From contig CAZGFQ010000006.1 in assembly GCA_964525185.1 (NCBI GenBank), positions 3,573-67,572 of the forward strand: 64,000 nt of DNA. Direction: 5' to 3'. Position 1 is the stretch's first letter, and the number at the start of each line of letters is the position of its first letter. This document shows positions 19,798 through 29,539 of the stretch, piece after piece. The notes under the pieces were generated by a model, which worked only from the letters and a program-made list of their open reading frames with translations, was not told the DNA's origin and ran no database searches. Source of the DNA: an uncultured bacterium (GTDB taxonomy: Bacteria > Fidelibacterota > Marinisomatia > Marinisomatales > UBA1611). The position numbers were made by a program, and so were the translations under genes.

Positions 19798-22637
19798 TAT
19801 TTCTTTCCTTTTTCTTTGAATAGTTTGTTTAAATAGTGTCCTGTATAAGAATTTTTAACTTTAGCAACTTGTTCGGGTGTTCCCACGGCTAAAACAGTCC
19901 CTCCTTCATCACCTCCCTCAGGGCCAAGATCTATAATCCAATCAGCTGTTTTAATTACATCTAAATTATGTTCAATGACAACGACCGTATTCCCCCGGTC
20001 TACTAATTTTTGCAATACATTTAAAAGCATTCTAATATCTTCAAAATGTAAACCGGTTGTCGGTTCATCAAGGATATAGAAAGTTTTTGATGTGCTTGTT
20101 TTTGATAATTCTGTTGCCAATTTAACGCGTTGAGCCTCACCACCGGATAGGGTTGTTGCTTGTTGCCCTAAATGGATATACCCCAAACCAACCTCATTTA
20201 AAGTGGTTAATTTTTTCTTTATTGGAGGAATATGCTCAAAAAAGCCCAACGCCTCTGAAACGGACATTTCCAATACTTCGGCAATAGATTTTCCTCTATA
20301 TTTAATTTCTAATGTTTCGCGGTTATACCTTTTGCCATTACAAACTTCACAAGTCACATAAACATCCGGGAGAAAATTCATTTCTATTTTTATTATACCA
20401 TCTCCTTCGCAAGATGCACAGCGACCACCTTTTACGTTAAATGAGAATCGTCCTGGCTTATATCCCCGAATTTTTGCTTCCGACAATTTGGCAAATAAGT
20501 CTCGAATATGTGTAAATAAGCCCGTATAGGTAGCAGGGTTTGATCGGGGAGTTCTTCCAATTGGCCTTTGATCTATATCAACGACTTTATCAATATATTT
20601 TATACCATCGATTGTTTCATACGAAAGAGGATATTGGCGAGAATTTGTAATATGTTTAGCTAAAGCAGGATAAAGAGTTTCATTTACTAGTGTACTTTTC
20701 CCGCTTCCAGAAACACCTGTAACAACCACAAATCGACTTAAAGGAAATTTAACATTTATCTTTTTTAGATTATTCCCCGTTGCTCCATTTAATGTTAAAT
20801 AATAAGATTCACACCTTCTTCTATTTGATGGAATAGGTATTTTCTTTTTTCCCGATAAATACTTTCCAGTAAGAGATTTTTTACTTTTTAATAAATCAGT
20901 CGGTGACCCAGAAAATGTAATTTCACCACCATAAATTCCTGCTCCGGGCCCTAAATCTATCACATGATCCGCTTCTAGCATTGTTTCTTCGTCATGCTCC
21001 ACAACTAAAATTGAATTTCCAATATCTCTTAATGTTTTCAATGTATTTAATAATCTATTGTTATCTCGTGGGTGTAAGCCGATGGATGGTTCATCTAATA
21101 TATATAATACACCCATTAGTTGAGACCCAATTTGAGTTGCCAATCTAATTCGCTGTGCTTCTCCACCCGATAATGTAGTTGCCGAACGATCTAGTGTTAA
21201 ATAGTTTAGCCCAACATTTACCAAAAACCCTAAACGCTGTTTTAATTCTTTGATTATTTGGTCTGCAATTGTTTGGTGCATTTTTGATAATTCAATGTTC
21301 TCAAAAAAAGCATGAATATCTTTAATCGATCTTGATGATAAATCACCTAAAGTAATGTTATTCACCTTTACGCCTAAAGATTCTTTTTTTAGCCGACTCC
21401 CTTTACATTCTGAACATGGGCGCATGCTCATAAATTGTTCAATCCATTCTCGTATTCCGGCAGATTTAGTTTGTTTATAGCGACGAATTAAGTTTGGAAT
21501 TGCTCCTTCCCACCCGCCAGTATACGTCCCAGACCACCGTTCAGATGAGTATGACATTTCAAATTTTTCTTTACCGGTACCAAATAGAAGAATTTGTCTA
21601 ATAGCTGGATCTAGCTTTATCCAAGGAGTTGTAAAATTAAATTCATAATGTTTAGCTAAACTTTTTAATATGCTCCCATACCAATTGCCTCTAGGCTGTT
21701 CACCTAACGGAGCAATACCTCCTTGAATTAATGATTTTGTTTTATCTGGAACTATTAGCTCTGGATCCACTTCCATATGCGACCCAAGTCCATCACATTT
21801 TGGACATGCACCATATGGCGAATTAAAAGAAAACATTCTTGGCACCATTTCTTCCATACTTACTTCACAATCTGGGCATGCAAAATGTTCGCTAAAAATA
21901 TGTTCCTTATTTGGTAATTCATGAACCACTATAAGACCGCTACCTATCTTAAGAGCAAGTTCTACAGATTCGGTTAATCTGTCTTGTATTTTATCCTTAA
22001 TTTGAATTCGATCTACAACTACTTCGATTGTATGTTTTTTATTTTTATTAAGAATAATTTTATCATCTACGGAATAAACATCACCGTCTACGCGTACACG
22101 AAGAAAACCCTCCCTTCGAACCTCGTCTAAGACTCCCTTGTGCTCTCCTTTTCGTCCGCGGACTAGAGGAGCTAGGATGTGTAATTTAGTATTCTCAGAA
22201 AATTTAGAAACAGTATCAACAATTTGTTGAACTGTTTGCTTTTGAATGGGTTTACTGCATTTCCAACAATGAGGAATTCCAATATGAGCATAAAGGAGGC
22301 GAAGATAATCGTGGATTTCTGTTACTGTCCCAACCGTTGAGCGCGGGTTTCGAGCTGTCGCTTTTTGTTCTATTGAGATGGCTGGTGATAAACCTTCTAT
22401 AGTATCCATATCTGGTTTTTCCATCAGCCCAAGGAATTGTCGCGCATATGAAGAAAGCGACTCTACATATCGACGCTGACCTTCCGCATAAATGGTGTCA
22501 AAAGCTAAGGACGATTTACCTGATCCTGATAATCCCGTAATAACAACTAACTTATCCCGAGGAATTTCAACATTAATGTTTTTTAGGTTATGTTGGCGTG
22601 CGCCTTTAATTATAAGTTTATTGTTTAGTATGCCCAT
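19797..22637 (-). CDS. uvrA: Excinuclease ABC subunit A
   Basis: Two ABC modules (GLSGSGKSS and GVSGSGKST; LSGGEAQR twice) and zinc-finger Cys pairs. Confidence 0.95.
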   Translation of the reverse strand: MGILNNKLIIKGARQHNLKNINVEIPRDKLVVITGLSGSGKSSLAFDTIYAEGQRRYVESLSSYARQFLGLMEKPDMDTIEGLSPAISIEQKATARNPRSTVGTVTEIHDYLRLLYAHIGIPHCWKCSKPIQKQTVQQIVDTVSKFSENTKLHILAPLVRGRKGEHKGVLDEVRREGFLRVRVDGDVYSVDDKIILNKNKKHTIEVVVDRIQIKDKIQDRLTESVELALKIGSGLIVVHELPNKEHIFSEHFACPDCEVSMEEMVPRMFSFNSPYGACPKCDGLGSHMEVDPELIVPDKTKSLIQGGIAPLGEQPRGNWYGSILKSLAKHYEFNFTTPWIKLDPAIRQILLFGTGKEKFEMSYSSERWSGTYTGGWEGAIPNLIRRYKQTKSAGIREWIEQFMSMRPCSECKGSRLKKESLGVKVNNITLGDLSSRSIKDIHAFFENIELSKMHQTIADQIIKELKQRLGFLVNVGLNYLTLDRSATTLSGGEAQRIRLATQIGSQLMGVLYILDEPSIGLHPRDNNRLLNTLKTLRDIGNSILVVEHDEETMLEADHVIDLGPGAGIYGGEITFSGSPTDLLKSKKSLTGKYLSGKKKIPIPSNRRRCESYYLTLNGATGNNLKKINVKFPLSRFVVVTGVSGSGKSTLVNETLYPALAKHITNSRQYPLSYETIDGIKYIDKVVDIDQRPIGRTPRSNPATYTGLFTHIRDLFAKLSEAKIRGYKPGRFSFNVKGGRCASCEGDGIIKIEMNFLPDVYVTCEVCNGKRYNRETLEIKYRGKSIAEVLEMSVSEALGFFEHIPPIKKKLTTLNEVGLGYIHLGQQATTLSGGEAQRVKLATELSKTSTSKTFYILDEPTTGLHFEDIRMLLNVLQKLVDRGNTVVVIEHNLDVIKTADWIIDLGPEGGDEGGTVLAVGTPEQVAKVKNSYTGHYLNKLFKEKGKK

Positions 22638-22696
22638 TTCTTAGTCAAATTGACCTGAAATTTAAGCCTTTTCGATTTATGAACAGATAAACATTT

Positions 22697-22710
22697 GTTG
22701 AATATTCAAC
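22697..22710. promoter_or_regulatory. Perfect 14-bp palindrome GTTGAATATTCAAC about 60 nt upstream of uvrA (candidate operator)
   Basis: Read directly from the sequence. It lies in the 188-nt gap between the uvrA start (22637) and the end of the preceding operon (22826). Confidence 0.3.
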
Positions 22711-22825
22711 GGTTTTTCTTAACTTAAGAATTGAGAAAATAATTTAAAACAACTATGGCCCTTATTCAGTAATTCAAACGCAATATAATTTGAATGTTTA
22801 AGTTTGGAACGTCTTATAAAAAGAA

Positions 22826-23407
22826 TTAAAACCCTAATTGGTAAAATATTTTTTCTCCACCCTTCATTTTGGGCGAGCAAACCAATTCTACTTCTTTGGG
22901 TAGTTTTTTGAAATCATACACTAATTCGGCAATAACAGATTTATTCTTAGCCATTCCGAACGAAACGGTATTTCTTCCTTCAAATGGATTTAATTCAGCT
23001 TTATTTTCTCCTGCGCCAATTAATTTAATTTGCGTCATAGCAGAAAAATCAAATGGCTTTTTTCCTGAATTAGTTATCTTCATTTTAAGCGTTACTTGAT
23101 TTCCATTTTTTTTAGCGCTAATTAATTTATATTTTACATTTTCTGCAATTTGCTCCGCGCCAATTGGGAGAGAGACCCGCCCATCATTTAACGCATTTAC
23201 GGGGATATAAAACTCAATAGTTGCTTTAACATATTTTCCTGATTTGTCTAATTTCAATTTTGTAACCTGTGTGCCGCTAGCTAAGGACCCAATTGAAGAA
23301 TTTTCGTTAGCATTAATATATATGTCAGAGCCCGACTTTAGTGTCGTTGATTGCCCCAATAATATTCCCCCAACTAATATAATCGCTAACCAGAGCATTT
23401 TCTTCAT
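22826..23407 (-). CDS. Periplasmic/secreted hypothetical protein (SH3-like N-terminal half, Ig-like C-terminal half)
   Basis: Signal peptide MKKMLWLAIILVGGILLG. The start overlaps the motB stop (TAATG). Domain guesses rest on pattern only (GTQVTKLKLDKSGKYVKATIEF; VTLKMKITNSGKKPFDFS). Confidence 0.5.
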   Translation of the reverse strand: MKKMLWLAIILVGGILLGQSTTLKSGSDIYINANENSSIGSLASGTQVTKLKLDKSGKYVKATIEFYIPVNALNDGRVSLPIGAEQIAENVKYKLISAKKNGNQVTLKMKITNSGKKPFDFSAMTQIKLIGAGENKAELNPFEGRNTVSFGMAKNKSVIAELVYDFKKLPKEVELVCSPKMKGGEKIFYQLGF

Positions 23408-24132
23408 TATAAGGTTTCTCCATTTACTTTTTCTTTAATAAAGGCATCTAAATATATTTCAACTCTCCTATTTTTCCCGCGCGCATCTTGTAGGGCAACT
23501 GTATTCTTTATTCCTCCGGTTTCGATGACAGGTCTAAATTCTCCATATCCCATTGCTGAAAAGAATTTTTCATCTAATTGCGCATATTTACTTAACAAAC
23601 GAACCAAGTTTAAAGATCGAGCGGATGATAGCTCCCAATTGCTAGGAAAAGCTGCTCGTTTGGGAAGCGGCAAATCATCTGTATGGCCTTCACACCTTAT
23701 TTCTACATTTAATAATTCATCCCGTTTTTCAATTAAATCTAATAACCCAGCATAACCTTCGTCAGTGTATACATTCAGCACTTTGGATGTCCTAATAATA
23801 CCCCCAATCTGAATCAATAAAGGGTAAACCCTAGGATCAACATCAGCTGACATAGATTTAAATAATTTCCCGCGCATTGTAATTTTTATCCCTTTGGTTA
23901 CGCGATCAACTTGAACGTAGGACGATGATACGTTTTCAGCTAATTCTTCATATGTTTCATCTAGTAATTTATTTATAACACGATCGATATGCTTTTCCGC
24001 ATCATTCAATATCACTAACAACATAATGAAAAATGTAAGAAGAAGTGTGACTAAATCAGCAAAAGTGAGTGCCCAGGCTGTGGATTTTGCCTTACGCTCA
24101 TTGAGAGTTATTTCTTTTTTTACTTGAAGCAA
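23407..24132 (-). CDS. motB: MotB/PomB-like stator protein with OmpA-like peptidoglycan-binding domain
   Basis: Single TM helix carrying the conserved Asp (WALTFADLVTLLLTFF) and a C-terminal OmpA-like motif (NRRVEIYL). Confidence 0.75.
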   Translation of the reverse strand: MLQVKKEITLNERKAKSTAWALTFADLVTLLLTFFIMLLVILNDAEKHIDRVINKLLDETYEELAENVSSSYVQVDRVTKGIKITMRGKLFKSMSADVDPRVYPLLIQIGGIIRTSKVLNVYTDEGYAGLLDLIEKRDELLNVEIRCEGHTDDLPLPKRAAFPSNWELSSARSLNLVRLLSKYAQLDEKFFSAMGYGEFRPVIETGGIKNTVALQDARGKNRRVEIYLDAFIKEKVNGETL

Positions 24133-24140
24133 GTGTCTGC

Positions 24141-24938
24141 TTATTCGGTGCGTAAATTAGATGGAATGAAGGTCATCAGTTTTTCACGTATTAAAATTGG
24201 ATGTTCCTTCGAATGAAGGCTGATGATACCTTCAACAATAATATTTTTCATCATTAATTCATCCTCTGATTTGCGTTTTAATTTCCCACCAATTGGTAGA
24301 AAAATTAAATTCGCAAATAAGACACCATAAAATGTGGTAATTAGAGCAAGCCCCATGCCTCCTAAAAGCTCAGCAAATTTTGCCGCAACATCAAAGTTTA
24401 ATGTTTCATCTCCTGAACCGCCAAAATTATTCATCATTACAATTAAGCCAAGAACTGTTCCAAGCATTCCAAAGGCAGGCGCATAAGAACCCATATATAA
24501 GAATATTTCTTGGCCAGAAATGTGGCGACTCATAATATTGCTCATTTCCATTCTTAAATAATCTCTAAGTCTGGCTGAATCACGCTCATTGATTGCAAGT
24601 TCAATGCCTTTTCTAAGGAATTTGCTCTCAATTTGGTCAAGCTCTCCTTCTAAAGAAAGAATACCATCTTTTCGAGCTTTTTCAGCTTTTTGGACTAATT
24701 GTTCGATGGTTTGGATATAATCGAATCGCTCTTTTATAAATACATTTTTTAATATACTTCCAACACCTAAAAAAACTTTTAGTGGATAATTAACCAATGT
24801 TGCAGCGATGGTTCCACCTAAAACCAATAAAACTGAATTCACATTTAAAAACCAATAAAGTTCGCCTCCGCCATTAATGATTCCGACAATTATAACGCCG
24901 AAACCTGCTGTGAGGCCTATTGCAGTACCTAAATCCAT
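24141..24938 (-). CDS. motA: MotA/PomA-like proton(ion)-channel stator protein
   Basis: Four-TM layout with a ~100-aa cytoplasmic loop. Also YAPAFGMLGTVLGLI and ALITTFYGVLFANLIFLPIGGKL, which closely resemble PomA/MotA TM3-TM4. Confidence 0.75.
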   Translation of the reverse strand: MDLGTAIGLTAGFGVIIVGIINGGGELYWFLNVNSVLLVLGGTIAATLVNYPLKVFLGVGSILKNVFIKERFDYIQTIEQLVQKAEKARKDGILSLEGELDQIESKFLRKGIELAINERDSARLRDYLRMEMSNIMSRHISGQEIFLYMGSYAPAFGMLGTVLGLIVMMNNFGGSGDETLNFDVAAKFAELLGGMGLALITTFYGVLFANLIFLPIGGKLKRKSEDELMMKNIIVEGIISLHSKEHPILIREKLMTFIPSNLRTE

Positions 24939-25026
24939 ATTATCCTAAAGTTTATTTATTGTGTGGGAAAAGAAGGCTATCCGCCTGTCTTATCATCATA
25001 AATCTTATTGAAAATTAATTTTCGAT

Positions 25027-25854
25027 TCAATCTTTTTTCTTATGATGATGAAGCGATTTGCTTCCTTCAAATAAGGTGTCTTTTTCTTCTTGGGTTAATT
25101 TGTCAAATCCAACCTGATTAATTTTTTCTAGAATACGATTAATATCCATTTCCATTTTATGGCGCTTGTTTATTGTTTTTTCATGTTGATGAATTTTATA
25201 CTCTAATACCTGTTTTCGTATAGCGAATATGGCATCTTTCCATCTAAAGTTTGACCGTAAAATAATAAATCCAATCACCATTCCTGATAAATGTGTCATA
25301 TGGCTAATATTAGACGTATTTCCAAGAGATGAGAAAAAAGCAATTGCTCCAATACTTATAACAAACCACACAGATTTAATGGGCAATATACCATAAAGAT
25401 AGATGGTTCTATTTGGATACATAAGCCCATATGCTAATAAAACACCATATACTGCGCCACTTGCTCCAACAACAGGTATAATTGAATTAAAATTAAGAAT
25501 AAATGTAACCAAACCTGAGCCGACACCTGTCATGAAATAATATTTTAAAAAACGCTCTTTCCCCCACACCTTTTCCAATTCTGTTCCAAACATCCAAAGA
25601 ACAAACATATTAATAAGTACATGCCAAATACCTCCATGAAAAAACAAATATGTAAAAGGTTGCCAAATCATGAACTGAGACCAAACAGATTTTGGAACAA
25701 GACCAAAAAGCTGAAAAAACATTATTGATTGTCCCGATAAAGTTTGAAAAAAAAAGATTACAAAATTAACGGTCACTAATAATTTGATAGCATCCGTAAA
25801 TATTTTCGGTTTGAAAGACAAGCCTCCTGAAGGTGATTGGAATTGGTATCTCAT
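25027..25854 (-). CDS. Rhomboid-family intramembrane serine protease
   Basis: WHVLINM (H/N), catalytic GASGAVYG, and a downstream His in HLSGM. Has an extra ~70-aa charged C-terminal tail. Confidence 0.85.
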   Translation of the reverse strand: MRYQFQSPSGGLSFKPKIFTDAIKLLVTVNFVIFFFQTLSGQSIMFFQLFGLVPKSVWSQFMIWQPFTYLFFHGGIWHVLINMFVLWMFGTELEKVWGKERFLKYYFMTGVGSGLVTFILNFNSIIPVVGASGAVYGVLLAYGLMYPNRTIYLYGILPIKSVWFVISIGAIAFFSSLGNTSNISHMTHLSGMVIGFIILRSNFRWKDAIFAIRKQVLEYKIHQHEKTINKRHKMEMDINRILEKINQVGFDKLTQEEKDTLFEGSKSLHHHKKKD

Positions 25855-26072
25855 GGTTTCTCAAAATTAATGAAATTTCACACTTTAAAGTACTCATTGA
25901 TAAAAAAGTTCATTAATAATTACCTGTCCAAAAAAAATGAAAAGGGTGATCACTATCGCTAATCTATAAATTAGAATAAAAAGGATTTATTACAATCGTT
26001 CCGAAAGGTAATAGATTAATCAAAAAGTAGGTTTAAAATTGGTCCCTTACTGAATGAACAAATGGAACTATT

Positions 26073-26570
26073 TTGAAAAACTTTAATCCTCTGAATTTTT
26101 ATCCACAAGATGAATTAAGCCAAACTTTAAACGAAAGCGCTCTGTCTATTGGCGGAAAAAATTATTTTTTACAACTCTTAGAAGCTGTACGGGATGCGCA
26201 ACCGCATCCACTCTTAGCTAAAAATGCAGAATTTAAATTTTTGGTTGGATCCGTAAAATGGTCAAAGCCAATATTTAGAGAAAAATATACTTTATTTAAA
26301 CAAGTTAGATTAAATAATAAGGATGGTAATATTTTTCCTAAAAAAGGAATAAAGGGGTATAAAAGTATTTTAAATCTTCTTCGAACTTTGAAACCAATTA
26401 CCTTTACGGTTCAACCTAAAAATAAAAAAGACGGAAATGGATTTACATTTCAACCATTGATAATTGTGGATGATAATACGACAGAAATAAATCCGCTTTT
26501 TGAAGCACTTTTTTTTGCTCCCGTTTATCAGGTTAAAAAAAGTTTAACATCAAAGAAAAAATCCAATTGA
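26073..26570 (+). CDS. Hypothetical protein (basic, no recognised domain)
   Basis: 165-aa TTG-initiated ORF and the only long ORF in this interval. I recognise no motif. Confidence 0.4.
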   Translation: MKNFNPLNFYPQDELSQTLNESALSIGGKNYFLQLLEAVRDAQPHPLLAKNAEFKFLVGSVKWSKPIFREKYTLFKQVRLNNKDGNIFPKKGIKGYKSILNLLRTLKPITFTVQPKNKKDGNGFTFQPLIIVDDNTTEINPLFEALFFAPVYQVKKSLTSKKKSN

Positions 26571-26704
26571 ATCGATAACCATGCTTTATATACTCGAACC
26601 AAAATCAATTCTAGCGCGAAGTATCCAATCCCATTTTCTAAAGGTGACGTGGAAATAGCTTGGACTCAACCCATTATTATACAAAATTATAAAAGAGAAT
26701 AATT

Positions 26705-27949
26705 GTGGACCAATATTTCTTTACAAATGACGCCACTGTATTCGGTATTTTAATTGGTATTTTATCATTCATTTTTACTACATCTAAAAGTAATCATCCG
26801 TTTTGGAAAAAGTTTTATACATTTGTACCAACCCTGCTCCTGTGTTACTTTATTCCATCCTTATTTAATTCGTTTGGTGTTTTTTCTGGTGAACATTCAA
26901 ACCTCTATTTTGTAGCATCTAGGTATCTACTTCCTACCAGTCTCGTTCTGCTTACAATTAGTATAGATTTACCAAGCATTTTGAAGTTAGGGCCCAAAGC
27001 ATTAATCATGTTTTTCACAGGGACTGTGGGTATAATTATCGGGGGTCCATTAGCCATATATATTATTTCATTTATTGCTCCCGACATTGTGGATGGCGCT
27101 GGACCTGAAGCCGTTTGGCGCGGACTAACTACGGTTGCTGGAAGTTGGATTGGTGGAGGTGCAAATCAAGTAGCCATGAAAGAAGTTTTTGATGTGGGCA
27201 ATCATATATTTTCTGCAATGATTGCTGTCGATGTTATCATAGCTAATATATGGATGGCCTTCTTGCTTTATGGTGCTGGAATTCAACTGAAATTAGATCG
27301 GTGGCTTCAAGCAGATACATCAGCTCTTGTTGAACTAAAAGAAAAGATAGAAATCTATCGCGCACAAATAATTCGATTACCAGATTTGACAGATACTATG
27401 ATGGTAATGAGTGTTGGCTTTGGCGTCACTGCTCTTGCTCATTTTGGCGCAGATATAATAGCGCCATGGATTTCAACTTTTGCTCCTGAATTAGAAAAGT
27501 TCAGCCTTACATCAAGTTTCTTTTGGTTGATTGTGTTAGCCACAACAATGGCTCTAGGTTTATCATTTACAAAAGTTCGCAATTTGGAAGGCGTTGGAGC
27601 ATCTAGATATGGAAGCTTGTTTTTATATATTTTAGTTGCAACCATTGGAATGAAAATGGATTTATTAGCTATTTTCGACTATCCAGGTTTATTCCTCGTG
27701 GGATTTGTTTGGATGGCAATTCATGCAACGTTACTCATTGGTGTCGCGAAGTGGATTAAGGCACCCTTCTTTTTTATGGCTGTTGGAAGCCAGGCAAATG
27801 TGGGAGGCGCTGCATCAGCGCCTATCGTTGCATCCGCATTTCATCCATCTTTAGCGCCAGTTGGTGTTTTGTTGGCTGTTTTGGGTTATGGGGTTGGCAC
27901 TTATGGTGCTTGGTTGTGTGGCGTCATTATGCAAATTGCTGCAAATTAA
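26705..27949 (+). CDS. Polytopic inner-membrane protein, putative transporter (reminiscent of DUF819/YjcL-type)
   Basis: GTG start and about 10-12 hydrophobic helices. The family assignment is from memory only (GSWIGGGANQVAM). Confidence 0.5.
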   Translation: MDQYFFTNDATVFGILIGILSFIFTTSKSNHPFWKKFYTFVPTLLLCYFIPSLFNSFGVFSGEHSNLYFVASRYLLPTSLVLLTISIDLPSILKLGPKALIMFFTGTVGIIIGGPLAIYIISFIAPDIVDGAGPEAVWRGLTTVAGSWIGGGANQVAMKEVFDVGNHIFSAMIAVDVIIANIWMAFLLYGAGIQLKLDRWLQADTSALVELKEKIEIYRAQIIRLPDLTDTMMVMSVGFGVTALAHFGADIIAPWISTFAPELEKFSLTSSFFWLIVLATTMALGLSFTKVRNLEGVGASRYGSLFLYILVATIGMKMDLLAIFDYPGLFLVGFVWMAIHATLLIGVAKWIKAPFFFMAVGSQANVGGAASAPIVASAFHPSLAPVGVLLAVLGYGVGTYGAWLCGVIMQIAAN

Positions 27950-27973
27950 TCATTTATTAATCTATAAAAATTT

Positions 27974-28822
27974 TTATTTGGCGATTAATCTGCTCCTAAT
28001 ATAATTCAGTGGATTTAAAATTGGAGACATCGCGCTTAAGTCCGCTTCTGGAACTACAAGTTGTGGCATAATAATTTGTTCAACTTTTAATGAATTAATT
28101 TTTAACAAATGGTAGGCAGCGCTTATGTATAAATCTCTCGGAAAAACCCCTTTTATTTGATCAAATCCGTATTGGTTAAGCCCGTCGCGTATGATGGTAG
28201 AACAACTGCGGGTAAATATATTAAACCCAGAATATGCTTCTGGTTCTTTAGGCTTAGGTGGTGTTGATCGAATAACATTTAACTGATGTTTGTAAATATT
28301 TCCTAATTTTTCTACATCAATTCCTTCTATCCGCAATACATGAATTGTGCGCATAAAATTTCGTCCGAATTTGTCATAATACGGTAATCCATCTTCTGAT
28401 ATTTCGTATTTACCATTATTGGGTGACGGAGCAAATTCGCCGAGTGCCGGACGGTAAAAAAATTCTTCTTCTGTTATAATTTCATTTTCATTCATTAAAT
28501 GAGAAAAATTAAAAATTTCTCCATTTACATTGATGGCGCTATGGCCTAATGTGGATGTTAAATATTTGACCAATCGTTGCGCATAATAAATTTCAACATA
28601 TGGTTCTGTTGATTTTGGTTTATCTGGCCAAATAATTACAATCGGTTGGTTTTTTTCATAGTCACGCTCTGGCAGCAGGCGCGCGAAAACAAACTGACCA
28701 TCCCAATGATCTAAATAACCATCCCATATTGGGTGATTTGAAAAATAATTAACCCCATCATTGCCCTCTATAAATGGATGGCCATCGTTACGGCGAAGAA
28801 TTCCTTTAATTATTGTATTCAT
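27974..28822 (-). CDS. Hypothetical protein with His...Cys motif pair (possible permuted papain-like hydrolase)
   Basis: 282 aa. The start overlaps the recO stop by 1 nt. Motifs LGHSAINVNGEIFNFS and YSGFNIFTRSCSTIIRDGL. Confidence 0.5.
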   Translation of the reverse strand: MNTIIKGILRRNDGHPFIEGNDGVNYFSNHPIWDGYLDHWDGQFVFARLLPERDYEKNQPIVIIWPDKPKSTEPYVEIYYAQRLVKYLTSTLGHSAINVNGEIFNFSHLMNENEIITEEEFFYRPALGEFAPSPNNGKYEISEDGLPYYDKFGRNFMRTIHVLRIEGIDVEKLGNIYKHQLNVIRSTPPKPKEPEAYSGFNIFTRSCSTIIRDGLNQYGFDQIKGVFPRDLYISAAYHLLKINSLKVEQIIMPQLVVPEADLSAMSPILNPLNYIRSRLIAK

Positions 28823-29508
28823 TATGATAATATTTGTTTTAATACGTTTAAAGATTTTAATTGGCCTAATGTATCAAAATGATAAAATAGGTTTGCTCTA
28901 ATATAATTAGAAATAACTCGATTATCTTTTGGAAGAACTTCTATGTTATCAATAAGCGATATTTCCTCTTTCATTAATGATTCTATAATTGATCTGCTTT
29001 TTGGTCCTTCATTTGGATCTGGCAACATGAGTCCTGGCAATTCGCGTTGATCTAAATCAGGTCTAAAACCTAAGTGAGATAATAAAGCTAATTCATAATA
29101 CCAAAATAATGTATTTAGATTATTTTTTTCTTTATTAAAAGAACGAAAAACGTCAATTAATACTTTAAATAATTCTGGATGTGGGTCCTCGTCGGATAAT
29201 GTTTTATCCGTCATTTCAATTATTGAAAGCGCAAATGTAATTCGCTTGAGATCATTTTGAATATTTGGCCATGTTTCTATAAAACTTCTTTTTGATATGA
29301 TATGAAGATTTCTTGATTCTTTATAATTAAAAATGAGCTCAATGTGACTCATAGGTTGAAACAGTGCTGCGCTACTTGATTTTTTTGCACGAGCCCCTTT
29401 TATAATAAAGCTCATTTTTCCTTTTTCAAGGGTAAAACAACGCGCAATTAAACTTGTATCGCCATATGGAAAAGACTTTAAAACAATGGCAGGAGTTTGA
29501 ATAATCAT
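28822..29508 (-). CDS. recO: DNA repair protein RecO
   Basis: MIIQTPAIVLKSFPYGDTSLIARCFT is a RecO OB-fold N-terminus; size 228 aa. Confidence 0.85.
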   Translation of the reverse strand: MIIQTPAIVLKSFPYGDTSLIARCFTLEKGKMSFIIKGARAKKSSSAALFQPMSHIELIFNYKESRNLHIISKRSFIETWPNIQNDLKRITFALSIIEMTDKTLSDEDPHPELFKVLIDVFRSFNKEKNNLNTLFWYYELALLSHLGFRPDLDQRELPGLMLPDPNEGPKSRSIIESLMKEEISLIDNIEVLPKDNRVISNYIRANLFYHFDTLGQLKSLNVLKQILS

Positions 29509-29539
29509 TGGTATGACTTATTCATAATACTGAATGTTG

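Noticed and set aside
26581-26658. A 25-codon ORF (MLYILEPKSILARSIQSHFLKVTWK) in the gap between the 165-aa ORF and the membrane-protein gene.
   Set aside because: It is too short, has no Shine-Dalgarno and has no recognisable motif. It is probably chance.
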